Below are positions 46,313 to 53,219 of a stretch of 56,673 nucleotides of DNA, piece after piece. This DNA comes from a virus. Position numbers and translations under genes: made by a program. The notes under the pieces are model-generated. The model was not told the DNA's origin and ran no database searches. It saw only the letters and a list, made by a program, of their open reading frames with translations. The stretch lies in the IMG/VR virus record IMGVR_UViG_3300020050_012089. One strand, given 5' to 3'. Numbering within the stretch: the first letter of the stretch is position 1; each line of letters starts with the position of its first letter.

Positions 46313-46614
46313 TCTGCCTCCTTCTTTTTAGGCTCAAAGTTTGAGATTGCGTCTATAATTCTCTGGGCTTCTTTTGGCATCATGGAAAAGTTGTTCTTTG
46401 TGTATTGAAGTATGATTAACACCTCAGCTACCGACGGAATTTTAGCGACATCACTTGGGCTTAGTAGGTGGAGGTTTTGTTTAAATAATGTAGTTAGCTT
46501 TTCTGCAGCATTGTTGTAATCCATACTTCCACAGCATCCACAGTTTATGTCCTCATCTACTAACATTTCATGAATCTTCTGCTCTAAAGTTTTGTTACTC
46601 ATGATTCGTCCCAT
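46309..46614 (-). CDS. hypothetical protein (101 aa)
   Basis: ORF with a 4-nt overlap downstream; contains CGCCG. Confidence 0.5.
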   Translation of the reverse strand: MGRIMSNKTLEQKIHEMLVDEDINCGCCGSMDYNNAAEKLTTLFKQNLHLLSPSDVAKIPSVAEVLIILQYTKNNFSMMPKEAQRIIDAISNFEPKKKEAE

Positions 46615-46865
46615 CCAGATTCAATTCTTTTAATAAGTTTTTCATTTTCAATATCTATTTTTGCTTTCTCTAAAGCTGAGTCTCTCGTCTTTGGTGGTTC
46701 TCTTAATTGCCAATTAACTGGCCCCCAAAGTAAGCGACCACTATCTTGTTCTTTTTTTAACTCTTTAGGACTAAACCACATTCCTTGATAATTAGAGTAA
46801 AACCATAATTTTTCTTTGTTGGCTTTTTCAAATAACGGCTCTAGTAATTTCTTAACTTCACTCAT
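46599..46865 (-). CDS. hypothetical protein (88 aa)
   Basis: ORF in the coupled string. Confidence 0.5.
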   Translation of the reverse strand: MSEVKKLLEPLFEKANKEKLWFYSNYQGMWFSPKELKKEQDSGRLLWGPVNWQLREPPKTRDSALEKAKIDIENEKLIKRIESGWDES

Positions 46866-47044
46866 GATTGGGTCTCCTTCTTTTCCAAAGGTTGGGGTTT
46901 AAGATTTAATTTCTCTTTGATTCTTAGCTCTAAAAACTCTTCGTAAATTAAAGTCACCATTTGATAGTCAGTAATTGTATTTTCGTATCGGAACAGCAAC
47001 CTTAGTAATTTTAATGGACTCATGATTGGGTTTTCATCTCGCAT
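46862..47044 (-). CDS. hypothetical protein (60 aa)
   Basis: ORF in the coupled string. Confidence 0.4.
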   Translation of the reverse strand: MRDENPIMSPLKLLRLLFRYENTITDYQMVTLIYEEFLELRIKEKLNLKPQPLEKKETQS

Positions 47045-47711
47045 AAGCTTCTCCGTTAATCATACTTACTTGTTCTAAAGCATCAGGCCATAGTTTCAAT
47101 AACTCTAGCTCTTCTTTTTCCATGTGGTGATAGCCTAAGTTCCGCATATCTCTTGGTCTAATTTCCATTCCAATACTTTTTAAGAATGCTAAAATTGGAT
47201 GAATATACTTAGGATGAATTGCTCCGTTTCCTTTTCCTTTAATTTGCACAATCTCATTACTTCTTTTTTGCACCTCAAAAGTAGCGTGAGGCATATTATT
47301 TTTATCTCTGTAAGAATAGATATGAACATTTTCACTTGGAACATAACCGCCAACACAATGAGACATTAGAAAGCCTTCGCGTTTGCAGGCTTTAGGATTT
47401 ATAAGTTTTACAATCTTTGTACCGTCCATAAAATCATGAATAGTTTCAGTGTCACAATCATCGTCCTCTAAATTCTTGCCTTTTTTCTGATTAGCCTTAG
47501 ACCACTCAGCGGCTTTTCTTTTTGCATCAACAAAACTCATTTTGAGAAATCGTTTTGGTGCAGATTTAGAATTAAAATAATCAACAATGTGTTCTAGCTC
47601 TGAATCAGTAGCTTTCTTTAATTTAATTGCCTTAGCTCCAGTAGTGGTAAGCCAAGATATAGTTTCTTGATTAGAATTTAGTAAAACTGCATAACTTAAT
47701 ATTTCGCTCAT
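47034..47711 (-). CDS. PcfJ-like protein
   Basis: REGFLMSHCVGGY...HATFEV...IVQIKGKGN matches the PcfJ-like pattern. ATG 47711 has a GAGGTG SD and an ATGA overlap with the repeat-protein stop. Confidence 0.55.
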   Translation of the reverse strand: MSEILSYAVLLNSNQETISWLTTTGAKAIKLKKATDSELEHIVDYFNSKSAPKRFLKMSFVDAKRKAAEWSKANQKKGKNLEDDDCDTETIHDFMDGTKIVKLINPKACKREGFLMSHCVGGYVPSENVHIYSYRDKNNMPHATFEVQKRSNEIVQIKGKGNGAIHPKYIHPILAFLKSIGMEIRPRDMRNLGYHHMEKEELELLKLWPDALEQVSMINGEAYAR

Positions 47712-48040
47712 GACTTCACCTCTGCGCCTGCATGAGTCCAAGTAGCAGGATTTTTATTGACGTCGCCGTAGCCGTAGCCGTAGCCGTAGCCGTAGCCGTT
47801 GCCGTAGCCGTAGCCGTTGCCGTAGCCGTAGCCGTTGCCGTCGCCGTCGCCGTCGCCGTCGCCGTAGCCGTAGCCGTTGCCGTAGCCGTAGCCGTCGCCG
47901 TAGCCGTTGCCGTAGCCGTAGCCGTTGCCGTCGCCGTTGCCGTAGCCGTAGCCGTTGCCGTCGCCGTCGCCGTCGCCGTCGCGAGGAATGCTTTTCAGCC
48001 TCCCTATAAAGATTAGCTTTTCCACGGCTCTTTTCTCCAT
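47708..48040 (-). CDS. Gly-(Tyr/Asp/Asn) dipeptide-repeat protein (110 aa)
   Basis: 72 of 110 residues are 36 consecutive X-Gly dipeptides (18 Tyr, 10 Asp, 8 Asn). Its stop is ATGA-coupled to the next gene. Start codon uncertain. Confidence 0.5.
   Translation of the reverse strand: MEKRAVEKLIFIGRLKSIPRDGDGDGDGNGYGYGNGDGNGYGYGNGYGDGYGYGNGYGYGDGDGDGDGNGYGYGNGYGYGNGYGYGYGYGYGDVNKNPATWTHAGAEVKS
47765..47980 (-). repeat. 36 tandem hexanucleotide units (plus strand GCCGTN; minus strand NACGGC)
   Basis: Only one position of the hexamer varies (A/C/T on the plus strand, never G). Locally GC-rich in an AT-rich genome. Confidence 0.95.
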
Positions 48041-48309
48041 GCTTTAAGTGCTTCGGGCGTCATTTCCAAAACCGCAGTAACTCCTTTAATAGTAGCCTTT
48101 GGAGCCGCAGGACTAATTCTACAATCTTTCGTTGGGCCGTGTGCCGCAAGACCTACAACGCCTCTAACATCTGCCGACCAATAAACAGCCATGCGAATTT
48201 CTTCTGCTTCCATTGTTTCAAGGGCCGCATCTTTGGGGTTTATGAATGCCATAAATACTCCACGCTTATCTTTATCCGTAGTGATAACTACAGGAATTTT
48301 ATCTTTCAT
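48013..48309 (-). CDS. hypothetical protein (98 aa)
   Basis: ORF with AAAGGAG SD; RGVF...VYWSADVRGVVGLAAHGP looks like a conserved phage family that I cannot name with confidence. Confidence 0.5.
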   Translation of the reverse strand: MKDKIPVVITTDKDKRGVFMAFINPKDAALETMEAEEIRMAVYWSADVRGVVGLAAHGPTKDCRISPAAPKATIKGVTAVLEMTPEALKAWRKEPWKS

Positions 48310-48525
48310 TTACTTTTCTCCTTTAATTATTTTCATCTCTATACTTCTAAAATCTCTAGTTTTTCTAAGTTTAAATCTCTAACTACTTGCAATTACTAAA
48401 ATCAAGCTTCTGAGCAGGGCTTTGACCTTGTAATCTATCTATCGAAGCACCCAATGGGTTCTTATCAAAAACAAGGGACCTTTGCTTACACCGCTGCTCA
48501 AAAACTTGAAACGGTTAATCTATTT

Positions 48526-48603
48526 ATATATAAATGGGGCTACATAGTGAAAAAGGCGTCCCTATACCATCACTGGCTCTCAGTATGAGCCCCCATTTAT
48601 ATA
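48526..48603 (-). repeat. imperfect 15-bp inverted repeat enclosing 48 nt (candidate RNA stem-loop)
   Basis: ATATATAAATGGGGC ... GCCCCCATTTATATA (one bulged C) in an ORF-free stretch. Confidence 0.6.
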
Positions 48604-48760
48604 CTACTTTATATTTATACTTATGTAAAGTTTTTTTGCTTAAACTGTACCATTTTGAGATTACCCCAGGCTACTGGATACAGCAGGCTGAATGCGAGCA
48701 CTAGTCGGACGGGAGTTCGGAATCTAGGTCACCCATTTTGTGCCCAATATATGCTGCATA

Positions 48761-48922
48761 TCACTGGCCACCTCTTCCAGGCTTTTTAGCTAAACGAAAA
48801 GCGAGGTCTAGCTGCTGCCTTAATCGGGTCTCTAATTCTCTTTTCTTGATTGCTTGAATTTCAGGCGAAGCCTGTGGCAGGACAAGGCCCAAAGGTTTTT
48901 TAATTGAAAAGAAGTTCCACAT
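48761..48922 (-). CDS. small hypothetical protein (53 aa)
   Basis: First ORF after the sigma-28-type promoter at 48959..48985; GTGAGG SD; below the track threshold. Confidence 0.3.
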   Translation of the reverse strand: MWNFFSIKKPLGLVLPQASPEIQAIKKRELETRLRQQLDLAFRLAKKPGRGGQ

Positions 48923-48958
48923 AAGTTACCTCACTTATAAACATATCTTACATTAAAC

Positions 48959-48985
48959 TTATCGGATAGGCAAGCAGGAACTTTA
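48959..48985 (-). promoter_or_regulatory. sigma-28 (FliA)-type promoter: TAAAGTTC-N11-TCCGATAA
   Basis: Bipartite match with exact N11 spacing, 37 nt upstream of ATG 48922. Confidence 0.55.
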
Positions 48986-49066
48986 GAGTTATTTGCATTT
49001 AAGGCCACTTTTTTTGCGACTTAGGCCCATGCTCGGTTAAGTAGAGGTCACGAAGCCGTCTCACGA

Positions 49067-49270
49067 TTAATCCCCCCAGTCTTTTTGTGTGTCTAAGTAG
49101 CCGTCCATAAAGCTTTGAAAAGAGTCTAAGGCTAAGCTTGGGTTACTATTGCCTGGCTCAGCCACTCCACAAGGACAAGTCCATTTGCCTGTACGGAAAC
49201 CTTTCTCGTTTACTGTATATTGCATTTCCATGTTACTGTTGCAACTACCGCATTGTAAGCTTGGGCCCAT
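49067..49270 (-). CDS. small Cys-rich protein (67 aa)
   Basis: CGSC...CPC pattern. ATG 49270 preferred over the track's GTG 49282. Confidence 0.45.
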   Translation of the reverse strand: MGPSLQCGSCNSNMEMQYTVNEKGFRTGKWTCPCGVAEPGNSNPSLALDSFQSFMDGYLDTQKDWGD

Positions 49271-49271
49271 G

Positions 49272-49391
49272 TTAAAGCCCACACCCTACAGAGTGCAATA
49301 AACTGTACAACCCTAAGCACATTAAAAGCACAACAATAATATACAGAGTTACGCCGGGAGTTGTTTCTCCAGCTTGAGTTAATCTTTCCAT
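49272..49391 (-). CDS. small membrane peptide (39 aa)
   Basis: Hydrophobic core LYIIVVLLMCLGLYSLL; its start overlaps the upstream gene end; below the track threshold. Confidence 0.25.
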   Translation of the reverse strand: MERLTQAGETTPGVTLYIIVVLLMCLGLYSLLHSVGCGL

Positions 49392-49624
49392 GTTACTGCT
49401 CCCCCTAATTGCTCCACTAGGTATGCTACTGCACTCCTACCTTCTTCTAAGCTTATATAATCTTCATTGAAACTAATTTGATTGCCCATGATTGAAATAG
49501 TACGTAGGTCTTTAAAAGCACAAAAGATAGGATACGGAGTCTCTACCTCAGTACCTATATCTTGAATTGCTTTATACTTTTCAAATGCTGTTAGTGGTTT
49601 CTTATTCTTCTTAGAACTGGACAT
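49379..49624 (-). CDS. hypothetical protein (81 aa)
   Basis: ATG 49624 is preceded by a GGAGGAG SD; the track start at 49636 supplies that SD. Confidence 0.45.
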   Translation of the reverse strand: MSSSKKNKKPLTAFEKYKAIQDIGTEVETPYPIFCAFKDLRTISIMGNQISFNEDYISLEEGRSAVAYLVEQLGGAVTWKD

Positions 49625-50018
49625 AAACTCCTCCATAAACTTCCTTCTCTGTATTCACTGAGGCACTTACACCTACCTGCATCTTAAATAGGTTAAGTAG
49701 GGGTGGGCTGTCTAAGCCTAAGCTGTAAACCTCACCTGCGCTAAACTGCTTACTTAAACTTAATCGCGTCCCTAATCTTCTGTTCTCTTGTATTTTAGTG
49801 CTTTCCGAACTAATGGTGCTTTTGTCTTTCTCTATAGTCTGCTCTTTAGTAGTGCCGTCAGCATAAACTATACGAGTTATAATTTTAACAGTGTCCTTAC
49901 TCTCTTTATACTTCACTACTTCTTTCACAGTCTCTGGCTTGCTATAAAACCCTGCTCCGAAGCTTAGGCCTAGCAGAAGGATGCCGCCTATAATCTTTTG
50001 CTTAGTTTCTTTTTGCAT
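49611..50018 (-). CDS. envelope protein with N-terminal membrane anchor/signal and beta-signal-like C-terminus
   Basis: N-terminal IIGGILLLGLSFGAGF; C-terminal VYGGVYVQF (terminal Phe, alternating hydrophobics). Confidence 0.45.
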   Translation of the reverse strand: MQKETKQKIIGGILLLGLSFGAGFYSKPETVKEVVKYKESKDTVKIITRIVYADGTTKEQTIEKDKSTISSESTKIQENRRLGTRLSLSKQFSAGEVYSLGLDSPPLLNLFKMQVGVSASVNTEKEVYGGVYVQF

Positions 50019-50058
50019 GTTTAATATCCCTCACCCTCTACATAAGTAGTTTTATTAT

Positions 50059-50271
50059 TCATACTTCGTCCTCCCACTCATTGATATCATAGCCGTATTC
50101 TCCTGTGCCTCTCATATAAGTATTTTCAGACACTCTTCTAGTTGGAGGTAGCATGCCATTAGTTTCTAAGGCTAGGAGTAGGTTGCTACTAAGTTCTTTA
50201 AGTGTTATAGTGTCACTTAATTGTATCCTAAGCTCTCTTTCTAATATGGATAGCATCTCACTACGTTTCAT
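50059..50271 (-). CDS. hypothetical protein; paralog of 1945..2172
   Basis: See 1945..2172. Confidence 0.5.
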   Translation of the reverse strand: MKRSEMLSILERELRIQLSDTITLKELSSNLLLALETNGMLPPTRRVSENTYMRGTGEYGYDINEWEDEV

Positions 50272-50273
50272 GC

Positions 50274-50447
50274 TTAAGCTCCTTCACTCTTGTCTGCACA
50301 TTGCTTCATAGGTTCCTGTTCTACACAAGGTTCAATCTTTATAAGGTTCAGTGTACAGGCAGATGCTAAGGCCATAATCAATAACAGTGTAAGTATCACT
50401 AGCAGTGGCCTCAACATATCCCTAAATATTTCTTTAAGTAGTCTCAT
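50274..50447 (-). CDS. small putative lipoprotein (57 aa)
   Basis: ATGA-coupled start; signal-like LLVILTLLLIMALASAC with a non-canonical lipobox; below the track threshold. Confidence 0.35.
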   Translation of the reverse strand: MRLLKEIFRDMLRPLLVILTLLLIMALASACTLNLIKIEPCVEQEPMKQCADKSEGA

Positions 50448-51079
50448 GCCTCACCCCCGACTGCATCCTCAGCAGCATTTAGCAGCTCCTGATATTCTAA
50501 CCCTTCTGGGCTTTCTTTATTCCACTTTTTAGCTTCTTTTATAAACTTATTCACTACTGCGAAAACTACTATAGTACTGAAGCTTTTACTTTCGCTGTAT
50601 GTCTTATTCCACAGCTTTATAATTTGTCTGTAACTTTTACCTTCAACGTATCTTTGGCAAATATAGCGATTCCTAATATCTGCTGCTTCTCCGTTATCTA
50701 TATCTAGTATGCCGTAGCTTTGATTGTGTGTCAAGAAATTAGAAAGTAAATTATAGAAATGTAGCGTTTGACTAGACTGTAGTCTATACTGCTTCTTAAC
50801 ATAAGCTTCATTCTCACCGCCCTTGAACATGCCTATGTCTACTGCTCCTGTAGTTTTGCATGTATACTCAAGGTCATTGAATCCCTCGTCTTTAAGCTTT
50901 CCGTACCATTCATTTTGTAGTTTTGTAAATTCTTTTGTTTTTCTGTCTACAAGTTGGTTTTTACTTTGCCACGATTTAAGTTCCTTGTGCCCTTTTCTGC
51001 CGCCCATGATGTTTACCTTTGATGTACGTTGTGTCTCATATTGAGACTTATGTTTAACTTTTTCTTTACTTAAGCTCAC
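50444..51079 (-). CDS. first gene of the minus arm; protein with a sigma region-4-like HTH
   Basis: RYICQRYVEGKSYRQIIKLW resembles sigma r4/GerE-type HTH, but no sigma region 2. Start ambiguous (GTG 51079 or ATG 51007). Confidence 0.45.
   Translation of the reverse strand: MSLSKEKVKHKSQYETQRTSKVNIMGGRKGHKELKSWQSKNQLVDRKTKEFTKLQNEWYGKLKDEGFNDLEYTCKTTGAVDIGMFKGGENEAYVKKQYRLQSSQTLHFYNLLSNFLTHNQSYGILDIDNGEAADIRNRYICQRYVEGKSYRQIIKLWNKTYSESKSFSTIVVFAVVNKFIKEAKKWNKESPEGLEYQELLNAAEDAVGGEA
51027..51047. promoter_or_regulatory. operator-like site CGTTGTGTCTCATATTGAGAC containing perfect palindrome GTCTCA-N3-TGAGAC
   Basis: A second, near-identical copy lies 290 bp away at 51317..51337. Confidence 0.5.
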
Positions 51080-51160
51080 TCTTAAGGTATTCTGAAGTGT
51101 GGCTTATAAATACAAGTGTACCACTACGGCACACCAGCAGCACCTATTATGTTACATAAA

Positions 51161-51204
51161 CTGTACTTAAGTAGCATATTAAGTTTACCGCTGTACTTAG
51201 GTAG
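51161..51204. repeat. direct repeat CTGTACTTA(A/G)GTAG x2, 30-nt period
   Basis: Copies at 51161..51174 and 51191..51204 in the divergent control region. Confidence 0.6.
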
Positions 51205-51219
51205 AGTACCTTAATCCGG

Positions 51220-51306
51220 TCCCTATCTTTGTTGCTTTCCTTTTTCCTCACCCATTACTATGTGTGTCTCCCTATCTTCGTTGCTTTCCGATTGTCCGAT
51301 TACTAT
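51220..51306. repeat. two tandem ~49-nt units sharing TCCCTATCTT(T/C)GTTGCTTTCC and ATTACTAT
   Basis: 21-mers at 51220..51240 and 51269..51289 differ at one base; each is followed by ATTACTAT. Confidence 0.7.
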
Positions 51307-51316
51307 CGCACAAGTC

Positions 51317-51337
51317 CGTTGTGTCTCAATATGAGAT
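51317..51337. promoter_or_regulatory. operator-like site CGTTGTGTCTCAATATGAGAT (second copy)
   Basis: Identical to 51027..51047 apart from the central three bases (ATA versus TAT) and the final base. Confidence 0.5.
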
Positions 51338-51373
51338 TATGGGACACATAAGAATTTATTATAAAGTAACTGC

Positions 51374-51401
51374 TAAAGTTTCCTAAGCAGTATTCCGAAT
51401 A
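51374..51401 (+). promoter_or_regulatory. sigma-28 (FliA)-type promoter variant: TAAAGTTT-N12-TCCGAATA
   Basis: Exact -35 octamer; the -10 has the TA inverted (CCGAATAG versus CCGATAAG) and spacing is one nt longer. Followed by the same GTATATATA as copies C and D. No ORF downstream for ~550 nt. Confidence 0.45.
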
Positions 51402-51949
51402 GTATATATACATAAAAAGAACCACTGCGGGGAGGGGGAGGTGTGTTTATGGTGTTGCGTAAATGTTGCGGTTGTTACTTATGGGGTGCAGCTTAGGAAA
51501 CATAAGCGGTATACTTCTTGATAGATGCAATTTTGGGTCCAATGGAGTACTTGAGAGGTGAGTGAGAAGCTGCCATAGCACGCTTAGGCATCCTCTGGTA
51601 AGAAAGAAAGCACTAAATTCAAGAGAAATTCGGATATAGGATTTGGGTCCCTTTAAGGCTACCTAGGCAATACCTTTGCGGCCATAGGGGGCATGGTTCT
51701 TATTAGGTAGCTGATGGGGTGTTCTCTAGGGAAATCAAGGGGTTAGACGGGTGTGTGGATTGATTTGGGGCAGTGAATGTACTTTTTTGGTACAAATTAT
51801 GTAGCGGAATGGGACGATGGGTTATATTGGCTTTTAAGTGCTATATATTAGCTATCATAACCAATAGGAGTTAGTGAAATTGTTATGCTGAGGCTATTTG
51901 GTAATTGCTGTTTGGCATGAAAAATATATTGTTTATTTTAAAATATTAC
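51402..51949 (+). ncRNA. candidate non-coding transcript or replication-origin region (ORF-free, G-rich, many local stems)
   Basis: No ORF of 60 aa or more in any frame between 51080 and 51978. Flanked by two co-oriented sigma-28-type promoters. Stems include GCTACCTA...TAGGTAGC (51658/51704) and CTTATG...CATAAG. Confidence 0.3.
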
Positions 51950-51976
51950 TAAAGTATACTTAAAAAAGGTCGATAA
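51950..51976 (+). promoter_or_regulatory. sigma-28 (FliA)-type promoter: TAAAGTAT-N11-GTCGATAA
   Basis: 25 nt upstream of ATG 52001, with an AAGGAG SD in between. Confidence 0.55.
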
Positions 51977-52000
51977 GTTTATATAACTAAGGAGCACAAA

Positions 52001-52192
52001 ATGAAATTAACATCTGCAAACTTAATGAAATGGTTAGATAAGAATGATGTAAAAGAAATTTCCTTATTTGATTTGGTAACTAAACTTAAAAGAACTGAGA
52101 ATGTTTCAAAAGAAGACGTTTGTCTATGGGTTAATGAAATGGTTGCACAAAAGAAATGGAACAAGGTTTGTGCTTGGTACAATCTAAAATAA
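52001..52192 (+). CDS. hypothetical early protein (63 aa)
   Basis: First ORF of the plus arm; strong SD. Confidence 0.5.
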   Translation: MKLTSANLMKWLDKNDVKEISLFDLVTKLKRTENVSKEDVCLWVNEMVAQKKWNKVCAWYNLK

Positions 52193-52195
52193 TGC

Positions 52196-52222
52196 TAAAG
52201 TTTCTTGAACAAATGTCGATAA
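52196..52222 (+). promoter_or_regulatory. sigma-28 (FliA)-type promoter: TAAAGTTT-N11-GTCGATAA
   Basis: 23 nt upstream of ATG 52245, with a GTGAGG SD in between. Confidence 0.6.
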
Positions 52223-52244
52223 GTTATATGTAAGTGAGGTAATT

Positions 52245-52499
52245 ATGAGAACTAAAGAATTAAAAGTTAACGGAACTAAAGTGGAAGCAATCTTAATGGC
52301 TGGTGGACCTGGATTTAAAATATACAGCGCTAATTCTCATTTAGTTCTAGTGTTAGGTCGCAAGGTAAATATTATTGATGAAGATTCAATTGATTTCAAA
52401 ACTGTAATGCATTATATTACTTTAAAATATCAATCTGAGTCAGATAGAGAAGATATAAAATCTGCATTTAAAACTTTATTAACTAAATTAGGAGAATAA
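52245..52499 (+). CDS. hypothetical early protein (84 aa)
   Basis: ORF downstream of the promoter at 52196..52222. Confidence 0.5.
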   Translation: MRTKELKVNGTKVEAILMAGGPGFKIYSANSHLVLVLGRKVNIIDEDSIDFKTVMHYITLKYQSESDREDIKSAFKTLLTKLGE

Positions 52500-52501
52500 T
52501 T

Positions 52502-52786
52502 ATGAGCACAACATTAAAAGAATTAAGAGCAAGTTATGGGTGTTATTGTGATACAAACATCAAATGTGAACGATGTTCTAAACTACCAGTTGCACCAATA
52601 CTAGACTATAACCAGATTGAAGACATAGAAGTTGATGGTATAGACTTTAGTGATGCCAATGACTTCTGTGATGCATATATTTGTAGTGCAACATACAAAG
52701 GCAGAGACATGACAGACGAAGAGCTTGATGTATTAAATGAAGACGGCTCATTTGTATACGAATGTATTATTAATAAGATTTACTAG
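52502..52786 (+). CDS. hypothetical early protein (94 aa), acidic and Cys-containing
   Basis: ORF with AGGAGAA SD. Confidence 0.5.
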   Translation: MSTTLKELRASYGCYCDTNIKCERCSKLPVAPILDYNQIEDIEVDGIDFSDANDFCDAYICSATYKGRDMTDEELDVLNEDGSFVYECIINKIY

Positions 52787-52796
52787 GAGAGTTATT

Positions 52797-53168
52797 ATGA
52801 GCTTAAAGCAAGATTATAAATTTAAAGTTAAGTGGGAATCTGGTGAGAATGTTTGCATTAATGTTGATGGAAAATCACATTTTATTTATAAAGCAGGCAT
52901 TAGAGATGAAACTAATCAAGTAGTATCTTGGTACTATCATGATTTATTTAAAAAGATTAAGTTTGTATATTGTGATACTGCTACTAAACAATTTTGGTTG
53001 CCTAGAAATAAGCTGTACAGCAAATTAAAACTAAAACGATTCTATAAGAACAGTAAGATAGACAACAAAGCATTTTTCTTTAAAAGCTACTTTTTATCTT
53101 TAATTGGTATCGAAGTGCCTCAAGATGGTATGAGTGGGCTTTTACCACCTGGAGAGTCTTTGTTCTAA
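52797..53168 (+). CDS. hypothetical early protein (123 aa)
   Basis: ATG 52797 with AGGAG SD; the track start at 52737 overlaps the upstream gene. Confidence 0.45.
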   Translation: MSLKQDYKFKVKWESGENVCINVDGKSHFIYKAGIRDETNQVVSWYYHDLFKKIKFVYCDTATKQFWLPRNKLYSKLKLKRFYKNSKIDNKAFFFKSYFLSLIGIEVPQDGMSGLLPPGESLF

Positions 53169-53192
53169 AGTTTAGGGACTTAAACCCGATAA
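53166..53192 (+). promoter_or_regulatory. sigma-28 (FliA)-type promoter: TAAAGTTT-N11-CCCGATAA
   Basis: The TAA of the -35 element is the stop codon of the upstream gene. It is 28 nt upstream of ATG 53220 and closely similar (4 mismatches over about 40 nt) to the copy at 54477..54503. Confidence 0.6.
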
Positions 53193-53219
53193 GTATATAT
53201 AAGTTACATAGGGGGATTT

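Noticed and set aside
47765-47980. Diversity-generating retroelement target, suggested by the AAC/TAC/GAC codon variation
   Set aside because: The window holds no reverse transcriptase and no template repeat. Only the first codon base varies, and the second-position adenine is invariant. This does not fit adenine-directed mutagenesis.
47732-48016. 94-aa plus-strand ORF encoding (Ala-Val)n
   Set aside because: It is the mirror reading of the hexanucleotide repeat. It has no SD and opposes the local gene direction. The minus-strand ORF, in contrast, is ATGA-coupled to its downstream gene.
48700-48745. tRNA-like T-loop string GGGAGTTCGGAATCT
   Set aside because: The flanking bases cannot form a T-stem, and no acceptor or anticodon arms could be drawn on either strand. 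I found no tRNA anywhere in the window by eye; tRNAscan-SE would settle it.
51161-51337. CRISPR array in the repeat-rich control region
   Set aside because: Each repeat family has only two copies. The spacings are unequal (30, 49 and 290 nt) and the repeats differ from one another. No cas genes are present.
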